Source: Minisyncoccota bacterium
Lineage (GTDB): Bacteria; Patescibacteriota; Minisyncoccia; Phycocordibacterales; UBA1550
DNA length: 64,000 nucleotides
Direction of reading: 5' to 3'
NCBI GenBank assembly: GCA_023229865.1
Contig: JALNYL010000005.1
Span: 4,422 to 68,421 of the forward strand
Shown here: positions 37,411 to 47,291 of the stretch, piece after piece
Layout: every line of letters begins with the position of its first letter
How positions within the stretch are numbered: position 1 is the first letter of the stretch
Program-made: the position numbers and the translations under genes
Notes under the pieces: generated by a model
What the model was told of the DNA's origin: nothing
Database searches by the model: none
Seen by the model: the letters and a program-made list of their open reading frames with translations, nothing else

Positions 37411-39873
37411 ATGTCATTTCTAGAAACCATTTTTGGAGGTAGTGGGGTAGCGGGGAAATACGCGCCTCTCGTGAAGAAAATAAATAGCTTTGAGCCAGCC
37501 CTTCAGGCCCTCTCAGATGAAGCTCTTCGCGCAAAAACCGAAGAGTTTCGCGCGCGCCTCACTGCGGGCGAAACTTTAGAGGATATCCTTCCTGAGGCTT
37601 TTGCGACTGTGCGCGAAGCTTCGCGCCGTACGCTCGGCCAGCGTCATTATGATGTACAGCTCATGGGAGGTATCGCGCTTCACCAGGGCAAGATTGCTGA
37701 GATGATGACCGGAGAAGGTAAGACTCTCGTGGCGACACTTCCTGCATATCTCAATGCTCTCACCTCAAAAGGTGTGCACGTAGTTACGGTCAACGACTAC
37801 TTGTCACGCCGTGACGCCACATGGATGGGGCAGATTTATTCTTTCCTCGGACTTTCTACGGGCGTACTCAATCACGCCACTTCATATCTTTATGACCCAA
37901 ATCATCAGGAGCTCGACGGAGAGCGTGACGAGATTGGCTCATTCAAGGTTATCCATGAGTTTATGCGCCCTTGTTCAAAACAGGAAGCATACAATGCTGA
38001 TATTACGTACGGGACGAACAATGAGTTTGGTTTCGACTACCTCCGTGACAACGTCGCCTACAATCCTGCCGACCTCTGTCAGCGTGATTACAACTATGCG
38101 ATCGTGGATGAAATAGACTCTATCTTGATCGACGAGGCTCGTACTCCGCTCATTATTTCTGCGCCGTCAGGAGATGCAGAAAATTTGTATACGATTTTTG
38201 CTGGCATCGCTTCAAAACTCAAGGCCCCAGAACACTACACTGTGGATGAGAAAATGAAGGCTATTCAGCTTACTGATGAAGGTATCAACCGTGCCGAAGA
38301 GCTCTTGGGTGTTGAAAATATTTATACCGAGCGCGGCGTGAAGTATGTGCACCACCTCGAGACTGCGGTGCGCGCGCAGGCACTTTTTATCCGCGACAAG
38401 GAATACGTTGTTCAAAATGATGAGGTTGTTATCGTGGATGAATTCACGGGTCGCCTCCAGCCGGGACGTCGCTGGTCAGAAGGGCTCCATCAGGCGGTGG
38501 AAGCAAAGGAAGGGGTGAAGATTCAGCAAGAGTCACGCACCTTTGCATCTATTACATTCCAGAATTATTTCCGTCTCTATGGCAAGCTCGCAGGAATGAC
38601 GGGAACCGCAGAAACCTCAAGCGAGGAATTTTATAAAGTATACGGACTCGAAGTGACCCCGATCCCTACCAATCGTGGCGTGGCGCGTATCGACCGCACC
38701 GACCTCATCTATCAGACAGAGAATGGCAAGTTTAAAGCAATCGCGCGCAAAGTAAAGGAGCTCAATGCAAAAGGCCAGCCCGTACTTATCGGTACCGTAT
38801 CTATCGAAAAGAACGAACTCCTTTCGGAGTATTTGAAAAAAGAAAATGTTCCGCACGAAGTTTTGAACGCAAAGAATCACGAGCGTGAAGGTGAAATCAT
38901 TGCACAGGCCGGGAAGAGGGGGAGTGTTGTTATCGCAACCAACATGGCGGGTCGTGGTGTGGACATTAAGCTCGGTGGCAATCCCTCAACGCCAGAATCA
39001 ATGGATGAAATCAAATCCCTTGGTGGACTCTTTGTCCTCGGTACTGAGCGTCATGAGGCGCGTCGCATCGACAACCAGCTCCGTGGCCGTGCAGGCCGTC
39101 AGGGTGACCCAGGAGAGACACAGTTCTTTGTATCTATGGAGGACAGCCTTATGCGTGTCTTTGCTTCAGATGTAGTGAAGAATATGATGGGCAAGCTCGG
39201 TATTCCCGAAGATGAAGCTATTCAGAATAAAATAATTTCTCGCTCACTCGAAACAGCTCAGGAGAAAATTGAAGGATTCCACTTTGACTCACGCAAGCAC
39301 GTGCTTTCCTATGACGACGTGATGACCAAGCAACGTGAATACGTCTACGGTATGCGCCGTGGGGTACTCATGGGTGGCGTCGAGGAGGCGAAAGCTTATC
39401 TCGCGGGTATCATCGCTGAAGATCCAGCTCTCACAAAGGTAGTCGAAGAAAAAGTCGCACAGCTCGGCGAGGCTGAATTTTATCAGGCGGTAAAGCGTTT
39501 GATTCTTCAGGTCACCGATATGATGTGGATGGAGCACCTCGACTCGATGGAGTATTTGAAGTCATCAGTAAACCTCCGTGCGTACGGACAGCGTGATCCG
39601 CTCGTGGAATATAAAAAAGAAGGCCTCCGTCTTTTCCGTGAGATGAAAGAGTCAGTGCAGAATGAAATCCTCCGCCTCATGCCTGCTATTGGTGCTGGCG
39701 CCTTTGTAAAAGAAGAAGAAAAAGCTCGCGAAGTAGTGAAGAACGCTATTGAAATCGGTGGCGGGGAAGATGAGGTATCTACTGCGTCACCAATTCATTC
39801 AGACAAAACAGGACGTAACGAAATCTGTTCATGTGGGTCTGGCAAGAAGTACAAGAAGTGTTGCGGTAAATAA
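37411..39873 (+). CDS. secA: Preprotein translocase ATPase SecA
   Basis: MMTGEGKT, VVTVNDYL, DEIDSILIDEARTPLIIS, TNMAGRG.DI, SEC-C tail CSCGSGKKYKKCC. Confidence 0.98.
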   Translation: MSFLETIFGGSGVAGKYAPLVKKINSFEPALQALSDEALRAKTEEFRARLTAGETLEDILPEAFATVREASRRTLGQRHYDVQLMGGIALHQGKIAEMMTGEGKTLVATLPAYLNALTSKGVHVVTVNDYLSRRDATWMGQIYSFLGLSTGVLNHATSYLYDPNHQELDGERDEIGSFKVIHEFMRPCSKQEAYNADITYGTNNEFGFDYLRDNVAYNPADLCQRDYNYAIVDEIDSILIDEARTPLIISAPSGDAENLYTIFAGIASKLKAPEHYTVDEKMKAIQLTDEGINRAEELLGVENIYTERGVKYVHHLETAVRAQALFIRDKEYVVQNDEVVIVDEFTGRLQPGRRWSEGLHQAVEAKEGVKIQQESRTFASITFQNYFRLYGKLAGMTGTAETSSEEFYKVYGLEVTPIPTNRGVARIDRTDLIYQTENGKFKAIARKVKELNAKGQPVLIGTVSIEKNELLSEYLKKENVPHEVLNAKNHEREGEIIAQAGKRGSVVIATNMAGRGVDIKLGGNPSTPESMDEIKSLGGLFVLGTERHEARRIDNQLRGRAGRQGDPGETQFFVSMEDSLMRVFASDVVKNMMGKLGIPEDEAIQNKIISRSLETAQEKIEGFHFDSRKHVLSYDDVMTKQREYVYGMRRGVLMGGVEEAKAYLAGIIAEDPALTKVVEEKVAQLGEAEFYQAVKRLILQVTDMMWMEHLDSMEYLKSSVNLRAYGQRDPLVEYKKEGLRLFREMKESVQNEILRLMPAIGAGAFVKEEEKAREVVKNAIEIGGGEDEVSTASPIHSDKTGRNEICSCGSGKKYKKCCGK

Positions 39874-39874
39874 T

Positions 39875-40342
39875 ATGGAATATTTAAGCGGACACCAAGA
39901 AGAAGAGGCGGTGACGTGGATGAATGAAGCTGCTCGTGTTGCAAGAGGGGCGCTTTGTCTTGCGACAAAATGCGGAACGGTCATTGTGAAAGACGGTGCA
40001 ATAATCGGCGAAGGATACAATGGGCCACCTCTTGATAAGACCGAGGGAAGAATCTGTGGCGAGGAAATCGGACCAAGCACCTGCGTGCATTCAGAGTGGC
40101 GTGCTATTTTTGATGCACTCAGAAATAATCCTGAGAAAATAAAAGGATCAAAATTATATTTTGTGAGAGTGGATGAAGAGGGGGATACCAAGAGGTCTGG
40201 CAATCCGACCTGCACGGTGTGTAGCCGTATGGCGCTTGATGTCGGCATTGATAAATTCCTCCTGTGGCACAAAGAGGGAATAGGCGAGTATGGGACAGGG
40301 GAATACAATCGGTTGTCGTATGAGCACACCTCAGAGAAGTAG
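39875..40342 (+). CDS. Cytidine/deoxycytidylate deaminase-like Zn protein
   Basis: GYNGPP, HSE, PTCTVC. Confidence 0.8.
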   Translation: MEYLSGHQEEEAVTWMNEAARVARGALCLATKCGTVIVKDGAIIGEGYNGPPLDKTEGRICGEEIGPSTCVHSEWRAIFDALRNNPEKIKGSKLYFVRVDEEGDTKRSGNPTCTVCSRMALDVGIDKFLLWHKEGIGEYGTGEYNRLSYEHTSEK

Positions 40343-40388
40343 AACCCACCTGTTTGTTTAAATTTTTTATGTTAAGATAAGTATCGTT

Positions 40389-41030
40389 ATGTTTAAAGAA
40401 CTCAAAGAACGATATGAGAAATACGCATCGGATCCAGTGTTCCGTTTCTCGACTCTCATCGCTGTTATTGCGCTTCCGATAAGCGTCATCGTCAATTATT
40501 ACGCTGGGATGTATGCAACACAGCGGGCAAGTAACTCGGTTACGGATATTATCTTGAGTAATATCCCTGTTTTTGATGTTGATGGAATTTTTATCTACGG
40601 CTCCTTTCTTTTGATTGTATTTATCCTATCCCTCCTCATTCTCCAGCCGAAGTATATTCCTTTTACCCTCCACAGCCTCACCCTGTTTATTCTGACTCGA
40701 GCACTCTTTATCTCACTTACCCATATTGGACCATTTCCATCGCAGACAGCTCTTGATCTTGGGGCAGTATCGAGTAAATTTATTTTTGGAGGAGATCTCT
40801 TTTTCTCGGGGCATACGGGAATCCCGTTTTTGATGGCACTTGTCTTTTGGCGCGAGCGCGTGCTCCGTTACGTTTTCATCATTTGGTCGATTGTGTTTGG
40901 AATCACGGTGCTTATGGGACACCTGCATTATTCAATCGATGTACTTTCGGCGTTCTTCATCACGTATGTGATTTTCCATGTATCAGAAAAGATATTTAAG
41001 AAAGAACGCAGACTGTCGCTTCGTGCATAA
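40389..41030 (+). CDS. Sphingomyelin-synthase-like / PAP2 family membrane phosphotransferase
   Basis: GDLFFSGHT and HYSIDV motifs; about 6 TM. Confidence 0.75.
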   Translation: MFKELKERYEKYASDPVFRFSTLIAVIALPISVIVNYYAGMYATQRASNSVTDIILSNIPVFDVDGIFIYGSFLLIVFILSLLILQPKYIPFTLHSLTLFILTRALFISLTHIGPFPSQTALDLGAVSSKFIFGGDLFFSGHTGIPFLMALVFWRERVLRYVFIIWSIVFGITVLMGHLHYSIDVLSAFFITYVIFHVSEKIFKKERRLSLRA

Positions 41031-41042
41031 TTTATTTTTATT

Positions 41043-41279
41043 ATGATTTGGCAAGATTGGGTTTTTGGTCTCGGGGCAATCGCTTTTGCGGTGGCGCTCA
41101 TCCCGACCCTCTTAGGGAAGGAAAAGCCGTCACTCGGGACGAGTATTCCCACAGGGCTCATTTTGGTCTTGTACGCTTTTACACAGGCATCGCTATCTCT
41201 TTGGTTTGCCGCGGTAACAAGTGTCCTTGCAAGCGCCCTCTGGTTTACTCTGGCAGTGCAAAAGTATAAAATTAAATAA
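41043..41279 (+). CDS. Small 3-TM membrane protein
   Basis: Hydrophobic pattern; operon spacing. Confidence 0.7.
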   Translation: MIWQDWVFGLGAIAFAVALIPTLLGKEKPSLGTSIPTGLILVLYAFTQASLSLWFAAVTSVLASALWFTLAVQKYKIK

Positions 41280-41291
41280 CCACAAAATATT

Positions 41292-41762
41292 ATGTCTAAA
41301 AAAGTTTTAACATTGTGTTTGCTTCATAATGACACGCAAGTTCTCCTAGGAATGAAAAAGCGTGGTTTTGGCGCTGGTCGCTGGAATGGCTTCGGGGGTA
41401 AGGTTGAGGCAGGGGAGACCATAGAGGAAGGGGCGCGCCGGGAGTTTCTCGAGGAGGCGGGGATAGAAGTGCCAGCCCTTGAAAAAGTGGGGCTTATGGA
41501 CTTTGAATTTGAGGGGAACCCAGAAATCCTCGAAGTGCATATCTTCCGCGCTCGTGAGCATGTGGGGGAACCGATGGAAAGCGAAGAAATGCTCCCGAAG
41601 TGGTTTTCTCTCGATGAAATCCCGTTTTCTGAGATGTGGCCAGACGATCCGCACTGGATGCCACTCTTTTTTGCGGGGAAAAAGTTCCAGGGAAAGATAC
41701 TTTTTGGGGCAGGGGACACTATTTTGGGGATGGACATCGGGGAGGTGTCCGAGCTCGCTTAG
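41292..41762 (+). CDS. 8-oxo-dGTP diphosphatase, NUDT1/MTH1-like NUDIX
   Basis: KKRGFGAGRWNGFGGKV..GETIE....RE..EE.G, EEM.P.WF, MWPDD..W. Confidence 0.85.
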   Translation: MSKKVLTLCLLHNDTQVLLGMKKRGFGAGRWNGFGGKVEAGETIEEGARREFLEEAGIEVPALEKVGLMDFEFEGNPEILEVHIFRAREHVGEPMESEEMLPKWFSLDEIPFSEMWPDDPHWMPLFFAGKKFQGKILFGAGDTILGMDIGEVSELA

Positions 41763-41917
41763 TCGACACATTGGACCCCATCTTTTGGTGGCAAGTCGCT
41801 TTTTTGACTGTAAAATACATAAACAAAGTTGTAAAGGGGTGTCAAAATTAAGCATTGTAAAATAAGGATATTTCGACAAATTTTCAGAAATTACTCGTTT
41901 GAAACGGGCTAAAATCA

Positions 41918-41946
41918 TTGACTTTTGTGGGCTATTGTGATAGGAT
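41918..41946 (+). promoter_or_regulatory. Sigma70-type promoter
   Basis: TTGACT, 17 nt spacer, TGa-TAGGAT. Confidence 0.6.
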
Positions 41947-41952
41947 TGACCC

Positions 41953-42080
41953 ATCGTCAGTAAGTTCAAATGCACCTTTATATGGTGCTTTTTTCTTAAA
42001 CGAACTTTGGTCCACTCTTAATGTATGTGTGACCCGGGCGATACTGATACGAAGTTTTGCGGAGCTCATACCGCTACACT
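41953..42080 (+). promoter_or_regulatory. Candidate multi-stem structured 5' leader
   Basis: Stems TCGTCAGTA/TACTGA(TA)CGA, AGTTC/GAACT, GCACC/GGTGC, GGTCCAC/GTG(T)GACC, GCGG/CCGC. Confidence 0.5.
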
Positions 42081-42608
42081 ATGAAAAACAAAACAATTCA
42101 GTTCGCGCACGGCTTGATGCTTATTCCGTTTCTTACGATGGGCTCACCGCTCGCGATGTTTAATACGAATCTTGCGCTTAAGGTGTCTGTCCAGGAGTCA
42201 GTAGCTCTTGAGAACGACTTGGACCTTCAGGCGGAAAAGATTGATGCGTACTTTGCTAAGCGCGATATGCCCCTCGAGGGGTATGGTGCGAAGCTTGCGC
42301 AAGCTGCCAAGGATAATGACCTTGACTGGCGTCTTTTGCCCGCTATTGCGATCAAGGAGTCAACGGGCGGTAAGTTTGCCTGTCACAGTAACCCATTTGG
42401 TTGGGGATCATGCAAAATCAAGTTTAAGAGCTTTGATGCTGCAATCGAGACTGTAGCAATGAACCTTGGTGGGAAGAATCCAAACACGGAGCGTTACTAT
42501 AAAGATAAAACGACCATCGAAAAGCTTCACCACTACAACAACTCTGTTGTTCCTACCTACACAAAAGAAATTTTTGAGTTTATGGAACTTATTGAGGAGG
42601 GGAAGTAG
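42081..42608 (+). CDS. Exported lysozyme-fold (glucosaminidase-like) cell-wall enzyme
   Basis: Signal-like N-terminus; LDWRLLPAIAIKESTGGK, NPFGWG, YN. Confidence 0.7.
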   Translation: MKNKTIQFAHGLMLIPFLTMGSPLAMFNTNLALKVSVQESVALENDLDLQAEKIDAYFAKRDMPLEGYGAKLAQAAKDNDLDWRLLPAIAIKESTGGKFACHSNPFGWGSCKIKFKSFDAAIETVAMNLGGKNPNTERYYKDKTTIEKLHHYNNSVVPTYTKEIFEFMELIEEGK

Positions 42609-42614
42609 GGAGGC

Positions 42615-42700
42615 AAGTTAAAGGTAGAAAGTTTTAAAGTTAAAAGAAGATACCAAAATACAAGCCCCGCGAGCTTCGCTCGCGGGGCTTGTATTTTGGT
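42615..42700. repeat. AAAGTNN repeat tract plus 23-bp-arm hairpin (copy 2)
   Basis: AAGTTAAAGGTAGAAAGTTTTAAAGTTAAAAG then ACCAAAATACAAGCCCCGCGAGC-TTC-GCTCGCGGGGCTTGTATTTTGGT. Confidence 0.75.
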
Positions 42701-42759
42701 GGGTGCGTGCTAGTATCGAAATTGGAAATTCTGATAGTTTATATACCAAGGAGAGAAAA

Positions 42760-43212
42760 ATGACGACAATGATAGGTGGCCTCCCCCGGGGGGACAAAGA
42801 ATTTTTGAATGCAGCTGAGCAGCGTACAGTTGAAAAGCTTTTGAATCTTGCATCTCAGATGATGCGAGTAAAAGAGCTCCTGAAGGACCTCCAAAGCTCA
42901 TATACGAGCCTTAAGCCGAGCGACGAACTCCTCCTCGAGTATTTGTTGCAGGAGGCGGAACTCGCGCGCTTAGTGAAGGAAGTCGACGAGACTATTAGCG
43001 ATCATGAAATTCAGTGCCATGATTGCGGAGAGATTCACAATCTGCATGAAGTAGCACTCGTCCACACCACTCCAGTCATTGTACTTCGGTGTCCGCACGG
43101 TACCTCCATGGAACAGCGGCCCCTCAAAACAGCCGAAATGAAAAGCCTCGAGCGTATCCTGCGCTTTGTGCGGGGTGATGCAAGAAAAATTTTCAACACG
43201 AAGGTTCCGTAG
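42760..43212 (+). CDS. Hypothetical protein (orphan; coiled coil and possible Zn site)
   Basis: SD AAGGAG; CHDC...CPH; terminator at 43224-43249. Confidence 0.65.
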   Translation: MTTMIGGLPRGDKEFLNAAEQRTVEKLLNLASQMMRVKELLKDLQSSYTSLKPSDELLLEYLLQEAELARLVKEVDETISDHEIQCHDCGEIHNLHEVALVHTTPVIVLRCPHGTSMEQRPLKTAEMKSLERILRFVRGDARKIFNTKVP

Positions 43213-43254
43213 TATGTAAAAACAAAATCCGCCCAATGGGCGGATTTTTCTTTG

Positions 43255-43974
43255 TTACTTCTTGGTGCTCGTTGCTGTCGCGGCCTTTGCGGCTTTTTCA
43301 TGCTCGGCACGGAGTTTCTTGAGTTGTGGAATTATCTTCTCAAGATCTTCGGCGGTCTTGAATCCATAGTATGGTTCATCGCTAATAATGAGGGCAGGGA
43401 GCTTGTTTTGTACGCCGTGAATCGACTTCATGGTCTTTACTGCTGAGAGGTCGAGGTTGTAATCAAATGAATATACGCGGAACTCGGGGAACTCTTCGCG
43501 AAGCTTAGTGAGAACGTAACCTTCTTTTCGGCAATCTTCACACTCGCCGTCTTTGTTGGAATAGAAGTAAATAATCGTGAGGGGCTTGATGCCACATTTT
43601 TGCTCAACCTGCGCGGTCAAAAGGTAATCCTTGATCTGAAGCAATGAGTAATACTTTTTAAGGTTGGTCACCGCAGCGTCACTGTCGCCGAGGTTTTCTT
43701 CCATGTAGGAGAGCTTTGCGGCGAGGGAACTCAACTCTTCTGAGAATGCGGTCGAATGATCGATAGCCTTACAAGAAGATTCCTTGAGAAGGGCGAACTG
43801 TGTTTCTGAAGAAAGAATGTCTAAAGAAATCTTGCTCTCAACTGCCTTAATCTCAGCGATGCGATTTTCTGAAAAACGGTTACTAATGATGAGTGCGCCA
43901 AAAAATACCATCACGGTGATGACGAAGGCGAGAACATATTTTCTTGTTTCGATTTTTGCGCGAATGTTTTTCAT
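43255..43974 (-). CDS. Membrane-anchored protein with thioredoxin-like C-terminal domain
   Basis: N-terminal TM; IIYFYS...CEDC. Confidence 0.7.
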   Translation of the reverse strand: MKNIRAKIETRKYVLAFVITVMVFFGALIISNRFSENRIAEIKAVESKISLDILSSETQFALLKESSCKAIDHSTAFSEELSSLAAKLSYMEENLGDSDAAVTNLKKYYSLLQIKDYLLTAQVEQKCGIKPLTIIYFYSNKDGECEDCRKEGYVLTKLREEFPEFRVYSFDYNLDLSAVKTMKSIHGVQNKLPALIISDEPYYGFKTAEDLEKIIPQLKKLRAEHEKAAKAATATSTKK

Positions 43975-43989
43975 ATTGAGTTTGGTGGT

Positions 43990-45354
43990 TTAGCGCCAGC
44001 TTGTCCCGCGAGAAAAGATGACATTGATAACGGCACGAATAAACCAGATTGGTGCCACAATACCATAAAGGAAGAGGAAATAGAAGATACCCGTGCTTGG
44101 ACGGAAACGTCCCTCAGCGAGCTTCACACCGTTCCAAATAATGACGAGCCCGAGCCCAAGGAACATATATGAGAGGATGGCCGCAAAGTCAGTATTGAAG
44201 AAGAAAGGATTTGCCTTGGGAAGCGCAAACATGAAACCAACAGTACTGATCTCCACGATTTTTTCGGCAACGACTTTAACCGCATGAAAGGCAACGAAGC
44301 CGAAATTGTAGAGGAAGACAAACACTCCAAAGAATGAGAGGGGGAGGGTAATCATGCCGAGGATGCCGTACTCGCGACGGAACATCATAAAGCGATAATC
44401 GAGCGTGTTCTTCATTGTGCCGTATGACCAGCGGAGGCGCTGGCGATAGAGCTTGTAGAGTGTGCTCGGTGTCGAGGTGTATACCTGCGCGGTGTGCACA
44501 TTGCGAATACGCATGTGGTTTGCTTGCATGCGAAGTGCGTATTCACCATCTTCGGTGTTGTGTGCTTTTTTGTAGAGGCCGATTTGCTTAAACACTTCGC
44601 TACGGAAAATAGAAAAAGGGCCCGGCGTCACATTGATCGCATCAAGAGGAGAGAGCATACGCTTGAGGAATGCGCCCATGTGGTACTCGGTCTTCTGCAT
44701 TTTTTGGAGAATCGTTTTTGGTTCGTGGACGACGAGCATTGGTGTCGCGGCCATCATCTTGGGGTCTTCGTTGAAGGCAGCGGCGATCTCGTGGAGTGCA
44801 TCCTTGTCGACGAATGAGTCAGCGTCGAGACAGCCGATGAGCTCGGCTTGCGAGTTTTCGATGCCGAAGTTTACTGCCGTGTGCTTGCCACCGTTTTCTT
44901 TGTGGAAAAGTTTTACTTGAGGATTATTTTTAAATTTTTGAACAATGCTCCAGGTGTTGTCGGTCGAGCCGTCGTCAATGATGAAAATTTCGAGTTTGTT
45001 TTTTGGATAGTTGAGTCGAAGGAGCGAGTCGACAGTTTTTGAAACTGTCTTTTCTTCGTTCCAGCAAGGGACAATGATCGTGGTGGAGGGGTAATAAGCG
45101 AGTTTCTCTTTTAGTTTTTCCGTGCTTAATTTTGCTCGTTCCTCAAAAAAGGTGATAAGGAAAAATACCTCGAGGTAAAGGGTGAGAAAGAGGAACACAT
45201 AGAGGATGCTGTTGAAAATTGTCTCCACGATATTTGGAAAAAATGCCCGTACATAACGGGCGCTTGATTCCAAAACTATACCAAATTTTCGGCTCTTTCG
45301 CAATGGCCTCGCTTGGGGGACTTGTGTGGTATTATATTGGTACATATATGGCAA
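43990..45354 (-). CDS. Processive GT2 (PgaC/cellulose synthase-like); true start probably near 45230
   Basis: DDGSTD, KENGGK, LDADS, TED, QRLRW; flanking TM segments. Confidence 0.85.
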   Translation of the reverse strand: MPYMYQYNTTQVPQARPLRKSRKFGIVLESSARYVRAFFPNIVETIFNSILYVFLFLTLYLEVFFLITFFEERAKLSTEKLKEKLAYYPSTTIIVPCWNEEKTVSKTVDSLLRLNYPKNKLEIFIIDDGSTDNTWSIVQKFKNNPQVKLFHKENGGKHTAVNFGIENSQAELIGCLDADSFVDKDALHEIAAAFNEDPKMMAATPMLVVHEPKTILQKMQKTEYHMGAFLKRMLSPLDAINVTPGPFSIFRSEVFKQIGLYKKAHNTEDGEYALRMQANHMRIRNVHTAQVYTSTPSTLYKLYRQRLRWSYGTMKNTLDYRFMMFRREYGILGMITLPLSFFGVFVFLYNFGFVAFHAVKVVAEKIVEISTVGFMFALPKANPFFFNTDFAAILSYMFLGLGLVIIWNGVKLAEGRFRPSTGIFYFLFLYGIVAPIWFIRAVINVIFSRGTSWR

Positions 45355-46322
45355 AAAAAATATTTATAACCAGACGTATTCCTGCAAAGGCCGAAGAAAT
45401 GTTGCGCGCGCAGGGGTATGAGGTGACGGTGAGTGAAAAAGACGGAGTACTAACACGCGATGAGCTCAAGGCAGTGCTCGTGGCCAGTGAGTACGATGCG
45501 GTCGCTTCACTTCTTACCGATACTCTGGATGCTGAGATAATCGCAGCGATGCCTGCGTCGGTAAAAATTATTGCCAACTATGCCGTAGGGTATAACAATA
45601 TCGACGTCGCTGCCGCGCAGGCAAAAGGAATCGTAGTGACCAACACTCCTGACGTACTCACCTCGACGGTCGCTGAGCATACGGTTGCGCTCATTCTCAC
45701 ACTTGCTTCGCGTGTTGCGGAAGGGGATCGATTTATTCGTGAGGGGAAATTTGTCGGCTGGGAGCCAATGCTTCTTTTGGGGACTGATATAAAAGGAAAG
45801 ACTTTAGGGCTCGTGGGTGCGGGACGTATTGGCTCAGAAGTTGCAAGTATCTTGCATAAAGGGTTTGGGATGGATGTTGTGTACTGTGATGTGAAGCAGA
45901 ACGAAACACTTGAGGCAGTGTGTGGGGCAAGATTTTGCGCGACTCACGAAGAGGTGATCAAGGGTGCGGACATTGTGAGCATCCACGTACCGCTCCTTCC
46001 TACGACGAAGCACCTTATCAACGCAGGACGTCTCGCGATGATGAAAAAGTCAGCACTCCTCATCAATACTTCACGTGGCCCCGTCGTCGACGAGCTCGCA
46101 CTTGTGGAGGCGCTCAAGAATGGCGTCATCCGCGGAGCAGCACTCGATGTGTTTGAATTTGAGCCAAAAGTTTCAGAAGGACTTCTATCGCTTCCTAATG
46201 TGGTCGTGAACCCACACCTCGCTTCTGCAACAGAAGAGACGCGCACCAAAATGGCGGAGATGGTCGCAACAAATATTATTGAAACACTTGAGGGACGCAC
46301 GGCGCCGAATGTGATAAAATAA
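45348..46322 (+). CDS. D-2-hydroxyacid (glycerate/glyoxylate) dehydrogenase
   Basis: VGYNNID, TNTPDVL, GAGRIG, INTSRG, LDVFEFEP, PHLAS. Confidence 0.9.
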   Translation: MAKKIFITRRIPAKAEEMLRAQGYEVTVSEKDGVLTRDELKAVLVASEYDAVASLLTDTLDAEIIAAMPASVKIIANYAVGYNNIDVAAAQAKGIVVTNTPDVLTSTVAEHTVALILTLASRVAEGDRFIREGKFVGWEPMLLLGTDIKGKTLGLVGAGRIGSEVASILHKGFGMDVVYCDVKQNETLEAVCGARFCATHEEVIKGADIVSIHVPLLPTTKHLINAGRLAMMKKSALLINTSRGPVVDELALVEALKNGVIRGAALDVFEFEPKVSEGLLSLPNVVVNPHLASATEETRTKMAEMVATNIIETLEGRTAPNVIK

Positions 46323-46326
46323 CAAT

Positions 46327-46668
46327 ATGAAGATTATTGCTACATGGGTTTTAGTTGCTCTCGTGATTCTCACGCTTCCTTCGTTTATTCCAGGGATTGA
46401 AATCACTTCATTTGGGACGGCGATGATCGTCGCGCTTTTCTTTGGTATTTTGAACGCCATCGTCCGTCCTATCATTTTGCTCATTGCGTTCCCGATTACG
46501 ATTCTTACGCTTGGCCTCTTTTCGTTTGTTGTCAACGCGGGACTCTTTTGGTCTATCGGCTCTTTCGTGAAAGGATTTTATGTTGATGGTTTTGTGCCAG
46601 CGCTCCTCGGCTCGCTCGTGATTTCAGTAACGACATTTATTGTCGACAAACTCCTTGGGGATAATTAA
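46327..46668 (+). CDS. YvlD-like 4-TM membrane protein (phage holin family 4_2)
   Basis: LNAIVRPI..PITILTLGLF..VVNA. Confidence 0.85.
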   Translation: MKIIATWVLVALVILTLPSFIPGIEITSFGTAMIVALFFGILNAIVRPIILLIAFPITILTLGLFSFVVNAGLFWSIGSFVKGFYVDGFVPALLGSLVISVTTFIVDKLLGDN

Positions 46669-46670
46669 AT

Positions 46671-47291
46671 ATGTTTGAGCAATCTATCGACGTTTTTGTG
46701 CACCTCGTGCAGGGCCACCGTGTTTGGGGGTATGTAGTGCTTTTTATTGCCATGATGCTTGAAGGGGAGGTGCTTCTTATTGTCGCCGGGATGCTCGCTT
46801 CGCTTGAAGCGTTTGACGTGGGGGACGTGTTTTGGATCGCGCTTGTGGGGGTCGTCCTCGGAAACACAATGTATTACCAGGCGGGGGTGATGCTCAAGAA
46901 TGGTAAGGTTGCTACGCGGGTGATTCATTGGGCGGAGAAAGCAATCACATTTTTCTTGCCGGAGTTTCGTCAGAAGCCTTTTAAATCCATTTTTATTTCC
47001 AAGTTTATTTATGGCGCAAACCGTGCGACCGTGATTATGTCGGGGGTATTTCGTATTCCGTTCAAACTCTTTTTCAAAGCGGAATTTCTTGCGTCGATTT
47101 TTTGGGTCATTGTCTACATGAGTGTGGGGTACTTCTTTGGGTATGCGGCAATCAATGTTACGCACAATGCATCACGTTTTGTTTTGCTCGCTCTCGTTTT
47201 CGTGTTAGGATTCATCTTGATTCAAAGTCTGGTGACACATCGTTATGAACGCAACAAACACAAAAAACTCGAAGAGGATAATAACGCATAG
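46671..47291 (+). CDS. DedA family membrane protein
   Basis: EGEVLLIVAG, IFISKFIYG, F...EFLAS..W pattern. Confidence 0.75.
   Translation: MFEQSIDVFVHLVQGHRVWGYVVLFIAMMLEGEVLLIVAGMLASLEAFDVGDVFWIALVGVVLGNTMYYQAGVMLKNGKVATRVIHWAEKAITFFLPEFRQKPFKSIFISKFIYGANRATVIMSGVFRIPFKLFFKAEFLASIFWVIVYMSVGYFFGYAAINVTHNASRFVLLALVFVLGFILIQSLVTHRYERNKHKKLEEDNNA

Noticed and set aside
37152-37442. 96-aa ORF across the intergenic palindromes
   Set aside because: Runs through a terminator and repeats and overlaps secA; no coding features
46327-46668. Prophage suggested by a holin-family gene
   Set aside because: YvlD-like proteins are common chromosomal genes; no phage genes in the window
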